Source of the DNA: a virus
Reading direction: 5' to 3' (one strand)
Length of the DNA stretch: 64,000 bases
Virus record (IMG/VR): IMGVR_UViG_3300042868_010004
Location: 96,001 to 160,000 of that record
This document shows positions 54,544-63,548 of this stretch, one piece after another; position 1 is the stretch's first letter; each line of letters begins with the position of its first letter. Both the position numbers and the translations under genes were made by a program. Below the pieces are notes generated by a model, which did no database searches, was not told the DNA's origin, and was given only the letters and a program-made list of their open reading frames with translations.

Positions 54544-57121
54544 TTTCACTTCCAATTTCTCTAAATATACCATTGAAAATTATGGTTACATTCGCCTGCC
54601 CGAGATCCGAATTACCGATGAACAGAAGAAAAATCTAAATCTTCCCGATGATGTTTCCAATCTAGAATTTTGCCGCGCACTCGCTAGACAAGGCTGGAAA
54701 GAGCGCTGCAAACATGTTAAGAAAGAAGATTATCCTAAGTATAAAGAACGCATTGAATACGAACTCGAAATTCTAAACGAGTTGGGATTCATTGATTACA
54801 TGTTACTTGTTTGGATGGTTATCAATAAAGCTCGTGAGTTAGGGGTTTTTATTGATTACGGGCGCGGATCAATCGGTGGCTGTTGTATTGCTTGGTTGTT
54901 GAAAATTACTGGGTTCCCCGTCGATCCAATTCGTCACGGCCTCTTCTTTGAACGCTTTGTAAGCAGGGCTCGTAATGGCAAGAAGATGATCGACGGTAAG
55001 TTGTTCTTAAAGGGTGACTTACTGGCCGACGCAGACGTTAACCTAGGTAATGGCAGGGATTTACTAGTTGCTTGGCTCAAGGAAATTTATCCTAATTGTG
55101 TATCTAAGATTTCCAATATCTCTACATTTACCACTAAGATTCTCCTCAAGGACGTTTACAAATCTTTAGAAGAAGTTAACGAGGATGAGGCCCGTCGTGT
55201 GGCTGATATGATTGAAGTCCGATTCGGGGTCGCTCAATCTATTGATGAAGCATATAAGGAAAGTAAGGAATTCAAACAGTGGGCGGATGAACACCCCGAC
55301 ACCGTTTCTGTTTGCAAAAGACTATGCGAAACCATGCGCGGCACATCCAGTCACGCTTCCGGTTATCTCGTATCCTTTTATGAATTAACTGATTTGATCC
55401 CAATTGAGATTAATAAAGAGGGTGATATTGTCAGCTCGTATGATATGAAAATCGTCAGCAATTTTGCGACGAAATTAGACCTTCTTTCCCTCACCACAAA
55501 TGCAATTATTAAACGAGTCGCCGATATTATCCCCGAGAAGATTGATGAGATTAATCTAGATGATGATCCATTTATTTATGAGAAATTTCAGGATAGTAAA
55601 CTCCTACCTTATGGTCTTTATCAAATTTCGGCTGATTGCGCATATGGAGTAACAGAAGCGATTAAACCTAAAAATGTTAATGAGTTGAGTGACATTAATG
55701 CGCTGGCCCGGCCCGGAAGTTTGAGTTATGTAAATTCCTACAAAAACAATAATGCGGAGGCTGTTCATAAAGTATTCGAACCCATTCTATCCCAAACCCG
55801 TAATGTTCCGCTTTATCAAGAGCAGTTAATGAAAATGTCGGTGGCCATTGGATTTACAAATGAGGAAGCAGAGGTGATTCGTAAAATTGTAGGTAAGAAG
55901 GACTTGCAAAAAGTAAAGGAATGGGAAAAGAAAATTTATGATAAGTGCGAGGAAAAGGGGTTTGATAAAACTGTAGCCGACGCGATTTGGAAGCTTCTAA
56001 ACGAGTCAGCTTCGTATTCATTCAACAAGGCGCATTCTATCTCGACATCCTATCTATCCGCATTAACGGTATATTTGAAATATAAATATCCCTTGGAATG
56101 GTATTGGTCTTGTCTCGTTGGAACAAAAGATTTGGCTAACCCCTTAGAAGAAATTACTGCGATTCAAAAAGAACTAGAAATTTTCGGTATTAAACTACTC
56201 CCTCCAGATATTATTAAGAGTGAGTATGATTATACCATGGAGAATGGGGGTATTCGAACGGGATTAAGCAGTGTTCGAAATCTTTCGGATGCCAATCTAG
56301 AGCGGTTAAAGTCTTTCAGGGCGACTGTTACTAATAAATTCGATCTCTTCCTAAGTATTCAGAATGCAAAGTTACCGCTAGGTGTTGTATCCTCTCTTAT
56401 TCTAAGTGGCGGGTTCGACAGTGTTTCTAATTCAGGAAGAAATAAAACGTTACTCGATTTCGAAATATGGAATGAGCTGACACCCAGAGAATTACCCATC
56501 ATTAACAATCTCGGCTCTCGCTTCAATTTTGACTTAATTGAGATTCTGAAACGGGCCTCCACCGACCTGAAGGACGAAAAAGGCAAACCGCTGATTAAAG
56601 AATCCCGCCTGAATACCCTCCGAACCAAGACTAAACCGTATATTTTAAAGTTCAAATATAATGAACGCTTCAGCGACCTAACGACTTATTTGGCCGAAAA
56701 TCATTACCTCGGCTTCTCCTACTCTCACACTCTGAAAGGCATTTACAGCAAACATATAAACAACCTTCTGAGCTTAAAAGAACTCCGAACCGCCCCGGAC
56801 AGAAAGGAAAATTACATCTCCGTAGTTCAGATCGGAGAGGTCGAGAAGAGAACCAGTCGGAATAAAAAAGAGTATGTCCGGTATACTCTGAAAGACGATT
56901 CAGACAGTTTGACCGTTATGGATTTCCAACTTGACAATCGGGGCGGAAAGAAGTTTTCTGAAGATATGATTTGCGTCTTTCATGTCTCAAAAAAGAAAAC
57001 TGAAACTGGGGATTTCTTATATTTTGTCTCTGACATCGTGGAGCAAGAAGTCCCGACCGTCTTGAAAACGAGTGTTGTGAGGAAAGAACTGGAAGACAAG
57101 CAAAGCAAGGAAAATAAATAA
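54536..57121 (+). CDS. dnaE: DNA polymerase III alpha catalytic core (no PHP domain)
   Basis: GRGS, LFFERF, DADV, KLDLL, LYQEQLM, YSFNKAH, LLPPDI, C-terminal OB. Confidence 0.9.
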   Translation: MNNFTSNFSKYTIENYGYIRLPEIRITDEQKKNLNLPDDVSNLEFCRALARQGWKERCKHVKKEDYPKYKERIEYELEILNELGFIDYMLLVWMVINKARELGVFIDYGRGSIGGCCIAWLLKITGFPVDPIRHGLFFERFVSRARNGKKMIDGKLFLKGDLLADADVNLGNGRDLLVAWLKEIYPNCVSKISNISTFTTKILLKDVYKSLEEVNEDEARRVADMIEVRFGVAQSIDEAYKESKEFKQWADEHPDTVSVCKRLCETMRGTSSHASGYLVSFYELTDLIPIEINKEGDIVSSYDMKIVSNFATKLDLLSLTTNAIIKRVADIIPEKIDEINLDDDPFIYEKFQDSKLLPYGLYQISADCAYGVTEAIKPKNVNELSDINALARPGSLSYVNSYKNNNAEAVHKVFEPILSQTRNVPLYQEQLMKMSVAIGFTNEEAEVIRKIVGKKDLQKVKEWEKKIYDKCEEKGFDKTVADAIWKLLNESASYSFNKAHSISTSYLSALTVYLKYKYPLEWYWSCLVGTKDLANPLEEITAIQKELEIFGIKLLPPDIIKSEYDYTMENGGIRTGLSSVRNLSDANLERLKSFRATVTNKFDLFLSIQNAKLPLGVVSSLILSGGFDSVSNSGRNKTLLDFEIWNELTPRELPIINNLGSRFNFDLIEILKRASTDLKDEKGKPLIKESRLNTLRTKTKPYILKFKYNERFSDLTTYLAENHYLGFSYSHTLKGIYSKHINNLLSLKELRTAPDRKENYISVVQIGEVEKRTSRNKKEYVRYTLKDDSDSLTVMDFQLDNRGGKKFSEDMICVFHVSKKKTETGDFLYFVSDIVEQEVPTVLKTSVVRKELEDKQSKENK

Positions 57122-57124
57122 ATC

Positions 57125-57646
57125 ATGAGTGATAACCCGTTGTATAGTGATGTTAAAATTGATGGAAAGCCCTATCAGAAGGGCGACTACGCCAAATATG
57201 CCGTTTGGAACGATAAGGAAATTAAAGGTTTCTTTGGTGAGAACCGATGGCTTTCTAATTTTTGGCCCGTAAATATTTTTGGCTTTCCATCGGTTGAAAA
57301 CGCATATATGGCGGCGAAGATCGTTCTGGGCGACAGAGAGTATTTTAAGACCTGTTCCCCGACCGAGGCTAAGAAGAATTGGAGGAAGTTCAAACTTAAA
57401 GACGCCGCCCCGTCTGATTGGGATGCGCGAAAATTTGATGTTATGAGTCGGTGTATTTTCGAGAAGTTTTTGGTAGATTTGGAATTACGCTCAAAATTGC
57501 TGAATACTAGAGACAAATATTTGGAGGAGTTAAATTTTTGGGGTGATACTTACTGGGGCGTAGATATTAAAAAGGGTGGGAAAAATAATCTTGGGAAAAT
57601 ACTTATGGGGGTCAGAGACTTCTGGAAGAATCAAAATAAGGTTTGA
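57125..57646 (+). CDS. NADAR (YbiA-like) family protein
   Basis: WLSNF, FPSVENAYMAAK, KLLNT, WGD.YWG, N.LGKILM.VR. Confidence 0.85.
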   Translation: MSDNPLYSDVKIDGKPYQKGDYAKYAVWNDKEIKGFFGENRWLSNFWPVNIFGFPSVENAYMAAKIVLGDREYFKTCSPTEAKKNWRKFKLKDAAPSDWDARKFDVMSRCIFEKFLVDLELRSKLLNTRDKYLEELNFWGDTYWGVDIKKGGKNNLGKILMGVRDFWKNQNKV

Positions 57647-57700
57647 CAACTATGAGCGAATGCGAATAACTTTCCGCCCGAGCGGAGCGAGTAAGGAAAT

Positions 57701-57874
57701 ATGAGAAATCCCAAAATAATTCACCACAGAGACGGAACGCGCACTCTCATTTATACTGTCTCCCGCCTGACAAAGCCTTGGGCCTTCAAAGGAGCAGAAT
57801 CTGCCATTCGTGCTTTGGCTGGGGATGCCATCAGAAAGACGGATAAAATTAAGATCAAAGGGAGTAAGTCATGA
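57701..57874 (+). CDS. Small hypothetical protein (57 aa; below ORF-track cutoff)
   Basis: Open frame after TTGACA 57643/TAACTT promoter, ATGA overlap with next gene. Confidence 0.45.
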   Translation: MRNPKIIHHRDGTRTLIYTVSRLTKPWAFKGAESAIRALAGDAIRKTDKIKIKGSKS

Positions 57875-58071
57875 AGAACCCGTATGTTTTAGGCCGAGAG
57901 GCCCAAGATAGGGACATTCCGGACAATCTGAACCCCTACTGGAATGCATGGGAAAGAAAACAGAGGTATTCTTGGTCTTCCGGGTGGTTCGACCGAGATA
58001 TGAAAATTTGGCGGCAATTCGGCTTAAAGTTTGACGAGTATGAGAAAATACGGCAGAAGATTGTCAAATAA
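57871..58071 (+). CDS. Ribosome modulation factor (Rmf)-like small protein
   Basis: PY.LG..A......NPY......W..GW pattern. Confidence 0.45.
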   Translation: MKNPYVLGREAQDRDIPDNLNPYWNAWERKQRYSWSSGWFDRDMKIWRQFGLKFDEYEKIRQKIVK

Positions 58072-58074
58072 CTT

Positions 58075-58320
58075 ATGATTGTCAAAATCCGAAATACAAA
58101 ACCGTCTTGGCAAAAGCATGTCGGGACTTGGGTTGAACTCTTTGAGGAAAATTCCGATTGGGACGGCTCGCCGGAATTTATTCGTGCATATGTTGTTAAA
58201 ATAACGGAGAAAGGCGTGTGGTTTAGCAGGCAGGAAGACTGGGCGAATGATAATATCTACTGGGTCGCATTTAAGAAAATAAAGGGCTATTGGAAATACG
58301 AAGGGGACTCTTCCGTATGA
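58075..58320 (+). CDS. Hypothetical protein
   Basis: Operon packing. Confidence 0.55.
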   Translation: MIVKIRNTKPSWQKHVGTWVELFEENSDWDGSPEFIRAYVVKITEKGVWFSRQEDWANDNIYWVAFKKIKGYWKYEGDSSV

Positions 58321-58550
58321 AATTCATTCATAGAGGTTGCAGTATTGATGTTCACCGGGAGAAATCCCTCGGAGGTTGGTCGGAAGTGTATTGGTCACTA
58401 TTTAGTCCGAACGGTTATGAAATCACCTCTGGTTTCGGCGGCGGGACAGTTCGAGAAATGGTCAGAGAAATGAGGGAAACCGCTGATGTTTTTCTTGACA
58501 AGTTCGAGGGAAATTCTCAGTCTTGGGATGTCTATCTAAGAGAAGGGTGA
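58317..58550 (+). CDS. Hypothetical protein
   Basis: ATGA overlap. Confidence 0.55.
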   Translation: MKFIHRGCSIDVHREKSLGGWSEVYWSLFSPNGYEITSGFGGGTVREMVREMRETADVFLDKFEGNSQSWDVYLREG

Positions 58551-58553
58551 AAA

Positions 58554-58838
58554 ATGAAAGAAAAGCTAAACAAAAAATACTTCGAACTCATCTGTCATAT
58601 TGAAAAACACTTAACCGAAGAGGATTCCGAGAGTTTTGCCGCATTTCTCTCGGAAATCTCCGCCCTTGAGACTCCGACTTCAACCCCGCGCTCCACTGAA
58701 ATTCCGAAGGAGGTCCGAATTGGTGATGAATTTGAGGAATTTAAGCGATTTTTGGAATTATCCGAGAAGATGAGAATACCGCCGCCAGATAGTGACAATA
58801 CCGTCTATGGCCCGCCCCCGTTTGGTTTTGATCGTTAA
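58554..58838 (+). CDS. Hypothetical protein
   Basis: Operon packing. Confidence 0.5.
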   Translation: MKEKLNKKYFELICHIEKHLTEEDSESFAAFLSEISALETPTSTPRSTEIPKEVRIGDEFEEFKRFLELSEKMRIPPPDSDNTVYGPPPFGFDR

Positions 58839-58849
58839 AAAATAAAATT

Positions 58850-59212
58850 ATGAATAAGAATAGAGAAATTAAATTACGAGTTTGGTGTGTTCTAAATGGA
58901 ATCGGAAGATTTTATACCCTCGCATTGGAAGAATATGGATCGTTCAATTTCGACATTCTTGATGACAAGCCCGTCTTTCAGGAGTGGACCGGGTTGAAAG
59001 ATCGGAAAGGCAAAGAAATTTATGAGGGCGATATCGTGAATACAAACGGCGGGAATCATGTAATCGAATGGCGCGGGGCGGGCTTTGCTTGCACTTGGAG
59101 CGATTACAATCTGGATTCCTGTTGGTTCATGGGTGGCGGGCCGGTTGTCGTCGGGAATATTTTTGAGAATGCGGAATTGGCAGACAGAGCACGGAAGGGG
59201 CCGACTAAATAA
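58850..59212 (+). CDS. YopX family protein (paralog 4)
   Basis: REIKLRVW, EWTGLKDRKGKEIYEGDIV, VVGNIFEN. Confidence 0.85.
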   Translation: MNKNREIKLRVWCVLNGIGRFYTLALEEYGSFNFDILDDKPVFQEWTGLKDRKGKEIYEGDIVNTNGGNHVIEWRGAGFACTWSDYNLDSCWFMGGGPVVVGNIFENAELADRARKGPTK

Positions 59213-59228
59213 TTTAAAATCATTCGTT

Positions 59229-59507
59229 ATGAAATTAGAAGACCTACAAGAAATCTGTTGTTTTAAAAACCATTCTTTCTACCGTATTCCAGGCAGAAAA
59301 GATTTGACGTTTGTAAAACTCCCTGAAGGTGAGGATATATTAAGGGTTAAAATTTTTAATTATTTGAAGTCCGAAGGCTTTATGGATGGAATAGATAGGA
59401 AACTTTTTGGCGGGAGGGGGCATGTTTTAGGTTTTAAATTTGAAAAACTTTCCGAAGTCTGGAAATACGAAAAGGACAAGCGGGATGATTTTCCGACTAT
59501 TTTATGA
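59229..59507 (+). CDS. Hypothetical protein
   Basis: Operon packing. Confidence 0.5.
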   Translation: MKLEDLQEICCFKNHSFYRIPGRKDLTFVKLPEGEDILRVKIFNYLKSEGFMDGIDRKLFGGRGHVLGFKFEKLSEVWKYEKDKRDDFPTIL

Positions 59508-59815
59508 ATTATAAAGAAGATAAGACGGAGATTAAGAGCATGAAAGAATATGTAGAACCGCTGGAAGTGAAAGTTACCAAAATCGGTAAGAAATGGCACT
59601 GCCGTCTTTTCAAGCTTGGAAAACTCTTTGATGAATCCTCTTGTGAACAGCGGTCGGATATCAGTCGTTGCTGCCGAGATATGCTCCGATGGTATGACAA
59701 AATGGGGAATGAACCCTATTCGAAATGGGCTGATTGGTCACGGCATAATAATGAAGAGGGCTATCGACAGAACTATATGGAAACAGGTAAAATTGTAAAT
59801 CATATCAAATCATGA
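59504..59815 (+). CDS. Hypothetical protein
   Basis: ATGA overlaps. Confidence 0.55.
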   Translation: MNYKEDKTEIKSMKEYVEPLEVKVTKIGKKWHCRLFKLGKLFDESSCEQRSDISRCCRDMLRWYDKMGNEPYSKWADWSRHNNEEGYRQNYMETGKIVNHIKS

Positions 59816-60063
59816 GCAGACTAAAAGAAATACAGAAATTGTTAGTTTCGGATGATTCTGTCTATCGGTTGGCGAAATACCTTTGTAACGATCCGGACAG
59901 CCGCCGATTGGAAGTTTTCGGGAATCAGGTCTGGTTAATTAATCAGAAGAAGGGGCGGTCGGGCGCGATCCGAACTTGCATTTGGTCCCCGCAATTTGAC
60001 GAACCGAGTATCCCGGAATATGATTCTGAATTCGGAGAGGATTTAAGAGTATTTAAGAGATAA
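59812..60063 (+). CDS. Hypothetical protein
   Basis: ATGA overlap. Confidence 0.55.
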   Translation: MSRLKEIQKLLVSDDSVYRLAKYLCNDPDSRRLEVFGNQVWLINQKKGRSGAIRTCIWSPQFDEPSIPEYDSEFGEDLRVFKR

Positions 60064-60067
60064 AATT

Positions 60068-60262
60068 ATGAAAAAATATACCAAATATTTTACACCTAAA
60101 AAAATTGCCGCTGGATTTATTTTTGTCGGAGGTTTTATTTCGGCAATGCATTTCTGGCAGGTGAGAGTAGAACAGGTAGGTCTTCTTGATTATCTTATCG
60201 GACTGGTAATTTATGCCCTATGTTCTGGCGTTTCGAAAGCAATGTCGGAGGACAAGGATTGA
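60068..60262 (+). CDS. Small two-TM membrane protein
   Basis: Two hydrophobic segments. Confidence 0.55.
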   Translation: MKKYTKYFTPKKIAAGFIFVGGFISAMHFWQVRVEQVGLLDYLIGLVIYALCSGVSKAMSEDKD

Positions 60263-60738
60263 TTCCGGTATTCCAAAAAGTAGTCGATCCGGGTAAAGGT
60301 GATTGTTGGCGGTGCTGCATTGCGTCAATTTTAGAATTGAATGTGGATTGTGTTCCGAACTTCGTAGGTGAGTCCGACCACTCAAAAGGCATTCTAGCCG
60401 AAGATTTGGTTCGTAAGTGGCTGAAAGACAGAGGACTATTCCTTTTAGAGATATTCCTTTGGAATGATCGTCCTTGGGATCACGTTCTGAATTGGATTCA
60501 CCTTGACGGCTCGTTCTGCATTATGTCCGTCCCTTCTCAGAAGTATCCAAAAGGCACCCATGCAGTCGTTGGGCAATTTCAGAAGGTCAAGGGCAGCACA
60601 GAGTTGGTAATCGTCCACGACCCCAACCCCGGAAACGCTCCGTATGGAGAGGTCAACCCGTCCCGCATTCAGTTCATTCTACCCTTCTTCCCCTCCGTAC
60701 GGCCTGTCTTAACGAGAAATTCCCAAGATTGTCCTTGA
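60259..60738 (+). CDS. Papain-like (C39-type) Cys-His-Asp fold protein (TTG start)
   Basis: GDCWRCCIASIL, THAVV, VHDPNP. Confidence 0.6.
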   Translation: MIPVFQKVVDPGKGDCWRCCIASILELNVDCVPNFVGESDHSKGILAEDLVRKWLKDRGLFLLEIFLWNDRPWDHVLNWIHLDGSFCIMSVPSQKYPKGTHAVVGQFQKVKGSTELVIVHDPNPGNAPYGEVNPSRIQFILPFFPSVRPVLTRNSQDCP

Positions 60739-60769
60739 CCGCCCAACCAAAACTTCAGAACATTCCCCC

Positions 60770-61477
60770 ATGCGCAAATCAGACAAACCACTACAAACCG
60801 AGCCCAAGAAGCTAGCCAAGCCCGTCCTGACCTGTTATTCGAACATCCTAGAGAACATCCTGAATCTGGAACTCACTGGCCTACTAACCCCGGAGCGTTT
60901 GGAGGAAGTCAAGAAAGTTCTGTCCGATGACGCCTTCATTCCAGCTCGTCTGGATGGTGGCCGGGAAATTCCGGGCTGGTTTGCCAATAAATACACGGGC
61001 AATCTATTCAATGAGTGGTGTTCGACCCAGAAGTCCTTTCGGAATAAAGAGGTTTTGAATCAGCTCCTAACTGAGGCCGAAATCATTGTAATTAATGGTT
61101 TGGCTAATGAAGTTTGGTCCGAGCAGAAAGACGCCGAACGCTTTCAGAAGGCGGAGAAGGTCTTGGCGGACAATTGGACGGGTCGAGTTTTCTGGAGTGA
61201 TGAGTTTTACGAAGATGTCGATAGTTTTCTAGATCGGACGGAAGAAGAAAATACTCCCGACTTTATTTGGGCCGTGGACGAATCCGAGCCGGTTCTGCAA
61301 CTTGATGCCGATTATATCGTGGAGAACGATACAGAGGACCGCGCCTATGAAGACTTTTCAATCTCCGATCTATCTGGATTTGAAGAGTTTCAGAATGCCG
61401 TTCAGAAGTTCAACGAGCAGAATAAGGATGTAATTGTTTTCCGTCCAAGCTATAAAGTCGCTATTCTCTTAAAATGA
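60770..61477 (+). CDS. Hypothetical acidic protein
   Basis: Preceded by TTGACC 60735-N17-GAACAT-N6-ATG. Confidence 0.6.
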   Translation: MRKSDKPLQTEPKKLAKPVLTCYSNILENILNLELTGLLTPERLEEVKKVLSDDAFIPARLDGGREIPGWFANKYTGNLFNEWCSTQKSFRNKEVLNQLLTEAEIIVINGLANEVWSEQKDAERFQKAEKVLADNWTGRVFWSDEFYEDVDSFLDRTEEENTPDFIWAVDESEPVLQLDADYIVENDTEDRAYEDFSISDLSGFEEFQNAVQKFNEQNKDVIVFRPSYKVAILLK

Positions 61478-61806
61478 GCCACTTATTTATATACGCCCAG
61501 TTTGAGGACGGTTCCGTCTTCCATCTCAAAGACGCGAAAATTAGATACCATCCAAACCAAATTTTAGTAAATCATATCGGTGCAGACCCTTATGTTGGAA
61601 TATCTAAATCGGACCGCCTAACCTTTCCTTTCCTATTGGACCCCAAATACAAATGCTTACCGGGGCAGGAGCAATATACGCTGACTTTTCAAAATCTACT
61701 TAATGGGAAATTTGTAGACGAGCCGTTTTATGTTGGCGATATTGAATTCCACCTAGTAAGCTATAGCGAGGATGGTTATAATGTGGCAGCAGGAAAGAAA
61801 AAATAA
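61474..61806 (+). CDS. Hypothetical protein
   Basis: ATGA overlap. Confidence 0.55.
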   Translation: MSHLFIYAQFEDGSVFHLKDAKIRYHPNQILVNHIGADPYVGISKSDRLTFPFLLDPKYKCLPGQEQYTLTFQNLLNGKFVDEPFYVGDIEFHLVSYSEDGYNVAAGKKK

Positions 61807-61813
61807 TTCCGAC

Positions 61814-62230
61814 ATGCGAACTGTAAATATAGACGGGCATAATTTAGAAGTTCATACCTTTGACGATAAGACCCAGCCGAATCAAGATGTTCTCCGCTTG
61901 GGTAATTTAGGCCGCTTTAACGAGGTCGCTACGAATACCGACATTAAACTTGCACGAATTTGCGAGGTAAGTTCGACCCGCATCAAGACTTGGGAAGTCA
62001 GCCCTTGGTTGGTTGCCGCTTTTGAAGATCACAAACACTGGAATCGAAAAGCGACCGTCTCCAGTTTTTTAAACTCTGTCCAGAAGAATGCAAAGGCGTG
62101 GGCTCTGGCGAAAGACTTGTTTGTCATCCGCCTCCTATCTGACAAACCGGCGGAGAAAATTGATGGAGTTCGCGGGAAGAGTTCGGCGGGGATTTATTAT
62201 GATGACTTAGGACTGTTTGAAGAGAAATAA
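61814..62230 (+). CDS. Hypothetical protein
   Basis: Operon packing. Confidence 0.55.
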   Translation: MRTVNIDGHNLEVHTFDDKTQPNQDVLRLGNLGRFNEVATNTDIKLARICEVSSTRIKTWEVSPWLVAAFEDHKHWNRKATVSSFLNSVQKNAKAWALAKDLFVIRLLSDKPAEKIDGVRGKSSAGIYYDDLGLFEEK

Positions 62231-62243
62231 AAAATAAAACACT

Positions 62244-62450
62244 ATGGATTCAAAAACATATACAGAACGACTTGATGAAGAACTGGCTGAGATTTTCGCC
62301 GAATGCGATGATGAATGCGAGAATGGGAATTACCATCACCTGATCGGTCTGGCGGAAAGCATTTTTGATGAGGTTTGGCCTTATGTTCCGCTCGGTGATC
62401 GCATTACGGTCGCCAAGGCAATTTCAGAGAAGATTCAGAATTCATTCTAA
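62244..62450 (+). CDS. Hypothetical protein
   Basis: Operon packing. Confidence 0.55.
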   Translation: MDSKTYTERLDEELAEIFAECDDECENGNYHHLIGLAESIFDEVWPYVPLGDRITVAKAISEKIQNSF

Positions 62451-62462
62451 AAACCCAATTTC

Positions 62463-62909
62463 ATGTCCCATCAATCCCTACCGAACAGTTTAAATATCGC
62501 CGAACCCGCCCTTCTATCATCCCATAATCGAATAATTCAATCCTTCACTCAGAATAATATCCCCTTCGAAGCCGAATACAATCAGGAATTCGACCCGGAT
62601 TTCAGCTCGACCGTCTTCTATACAATTCAGACCAATGACAAACGCTGCGGCTTCATCAGTTGTCCTAACGGGAGATTTGCCGGGGCGATCATCAAAGGAG
62701 AACGCATTCGATATTTGCAAAAAGAGGGGTTTGACATGGAGGAGTCGCTGGACTCTGAACCGGTCTTCGCAAAAGCCCCTTGTGTCATGGCGTTTGTTAG
62801 TATGTTGGCTGTTGACTTACTCGGGAAACTGGAGTTTGATTGCGACCTGATTGAGGAGTTTGATGAGACGACCAAAGATAGAAAAACGAAGAAAAAGAAA
62901 ACTAAATAA
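62463..62909 (+). CDS. Hypothetical protein, tandem paralog 1
   Basis: LNIAEP.LL..H, DP.FSS.V.Y, SEPVFA..CVMAFV.M. Confidence 0.65.
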   Translation: MSHQSLPNSLNIAEPALLSSHNRIIQSFTQNNIPFEAEYNQEFDPDFSSTVFYTIQTNDKRCGFISCPNGRFAGAIIKGERIRYLQKEGFDMEESLDSEPVFAKAPCVMAFVSMLAVDLLGKLEFDCDLIEEFDETTKDRKTKKKKTK

Positions 62910-62920
62910 AAATCCCTAAA

Positions 62921-63307
62921 ATGAATAATCCTCTCAACATTGTCGAACCGAGCCTTCTGGCTCTCCATCAAAAAGTCGAGCAAACCCTCAATCTGAATGG
63001 CATTCAATTCACCGCTACGTATTACAGGGAGGAAGATCCCAAATTTAACTCTTCCGTTCGTTATCACACGGAAATCCCCTTTAGAGTTGGCTTCATCGTT
63101 TCGAACAAGGGGGAATTCGGTGGGGCTGTTGTGAAAAGCTATAAAGGAAATAAAGATGGTAGTTCCGAGCCCGTCTTTGCATCCGCTTCCTGTGTTATGG
63201 CCTTCGTCGGGATGTTTGCCATTGACAAAATTAAGGAATTGAAATTCGGAGATGAATTGATTAAAGAGTTTGACGCACTAAATAAAAATGACAAAAGCAA
63301 AAAATAA
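62921..63307 (+). CDS. Hypothetical protein, tandem paralog 2
   Basis: LNIVEP.LL..H, DP.FNS.V.Y, SEPVFA..CVMAFV.M. Confidence 0.65.
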   Translation: MNNPLNIVEPSLLALHQKVEQTLNLNGIQFTATYYREEDPKFNSSVRYHTEIPFRVGFIVSNKGEFGGAVVKSYKGNKDGSSEPVFASASCVMAFVGMFAIDKIKELKFGDELIKEFDALNKNDKSKK

Positions 63308-63533
63308 TACAAGCAAGACAAAGGCCGCTAAGACAATTAAGCCTGCCAAGAAAGTTCGGATTTGGTGGTTAAAACGGGAAGGTTGCGGTTACTGGACTGA
63401 TAATCCCCCTGACTGGATCGGGGAATTTCAGGCAATGGCGGATGGAGATGTCTTTACGATTGAGCGTAAGGAACTCAGCCAGAGGGAGTTCAACAAACTG
63501 GCGAAAAATTCTGGCGAGTTTGATGGTTGGTAA
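63288..63533 (+). CDS. Hypothetical protein
   Basis: Operon packing. Confidence 0.55.
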   Translation: MTKAKNNTSKTKAAKTIKPAKKVRIWWLKREGCGYWTDNPPDWIGEFQAMADGDVFTIERKELSQREFNKLAKNSGEFDGW

Positions 63534-63548
63534 AACAATTTCTGAATT

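Noticed and set aside
57125-57646. NADAR as part of a DarTG toxin-antitoxin pair
   Set aside because: No DarT-like ADP-ribosyltransferase gene is adjacent in this window
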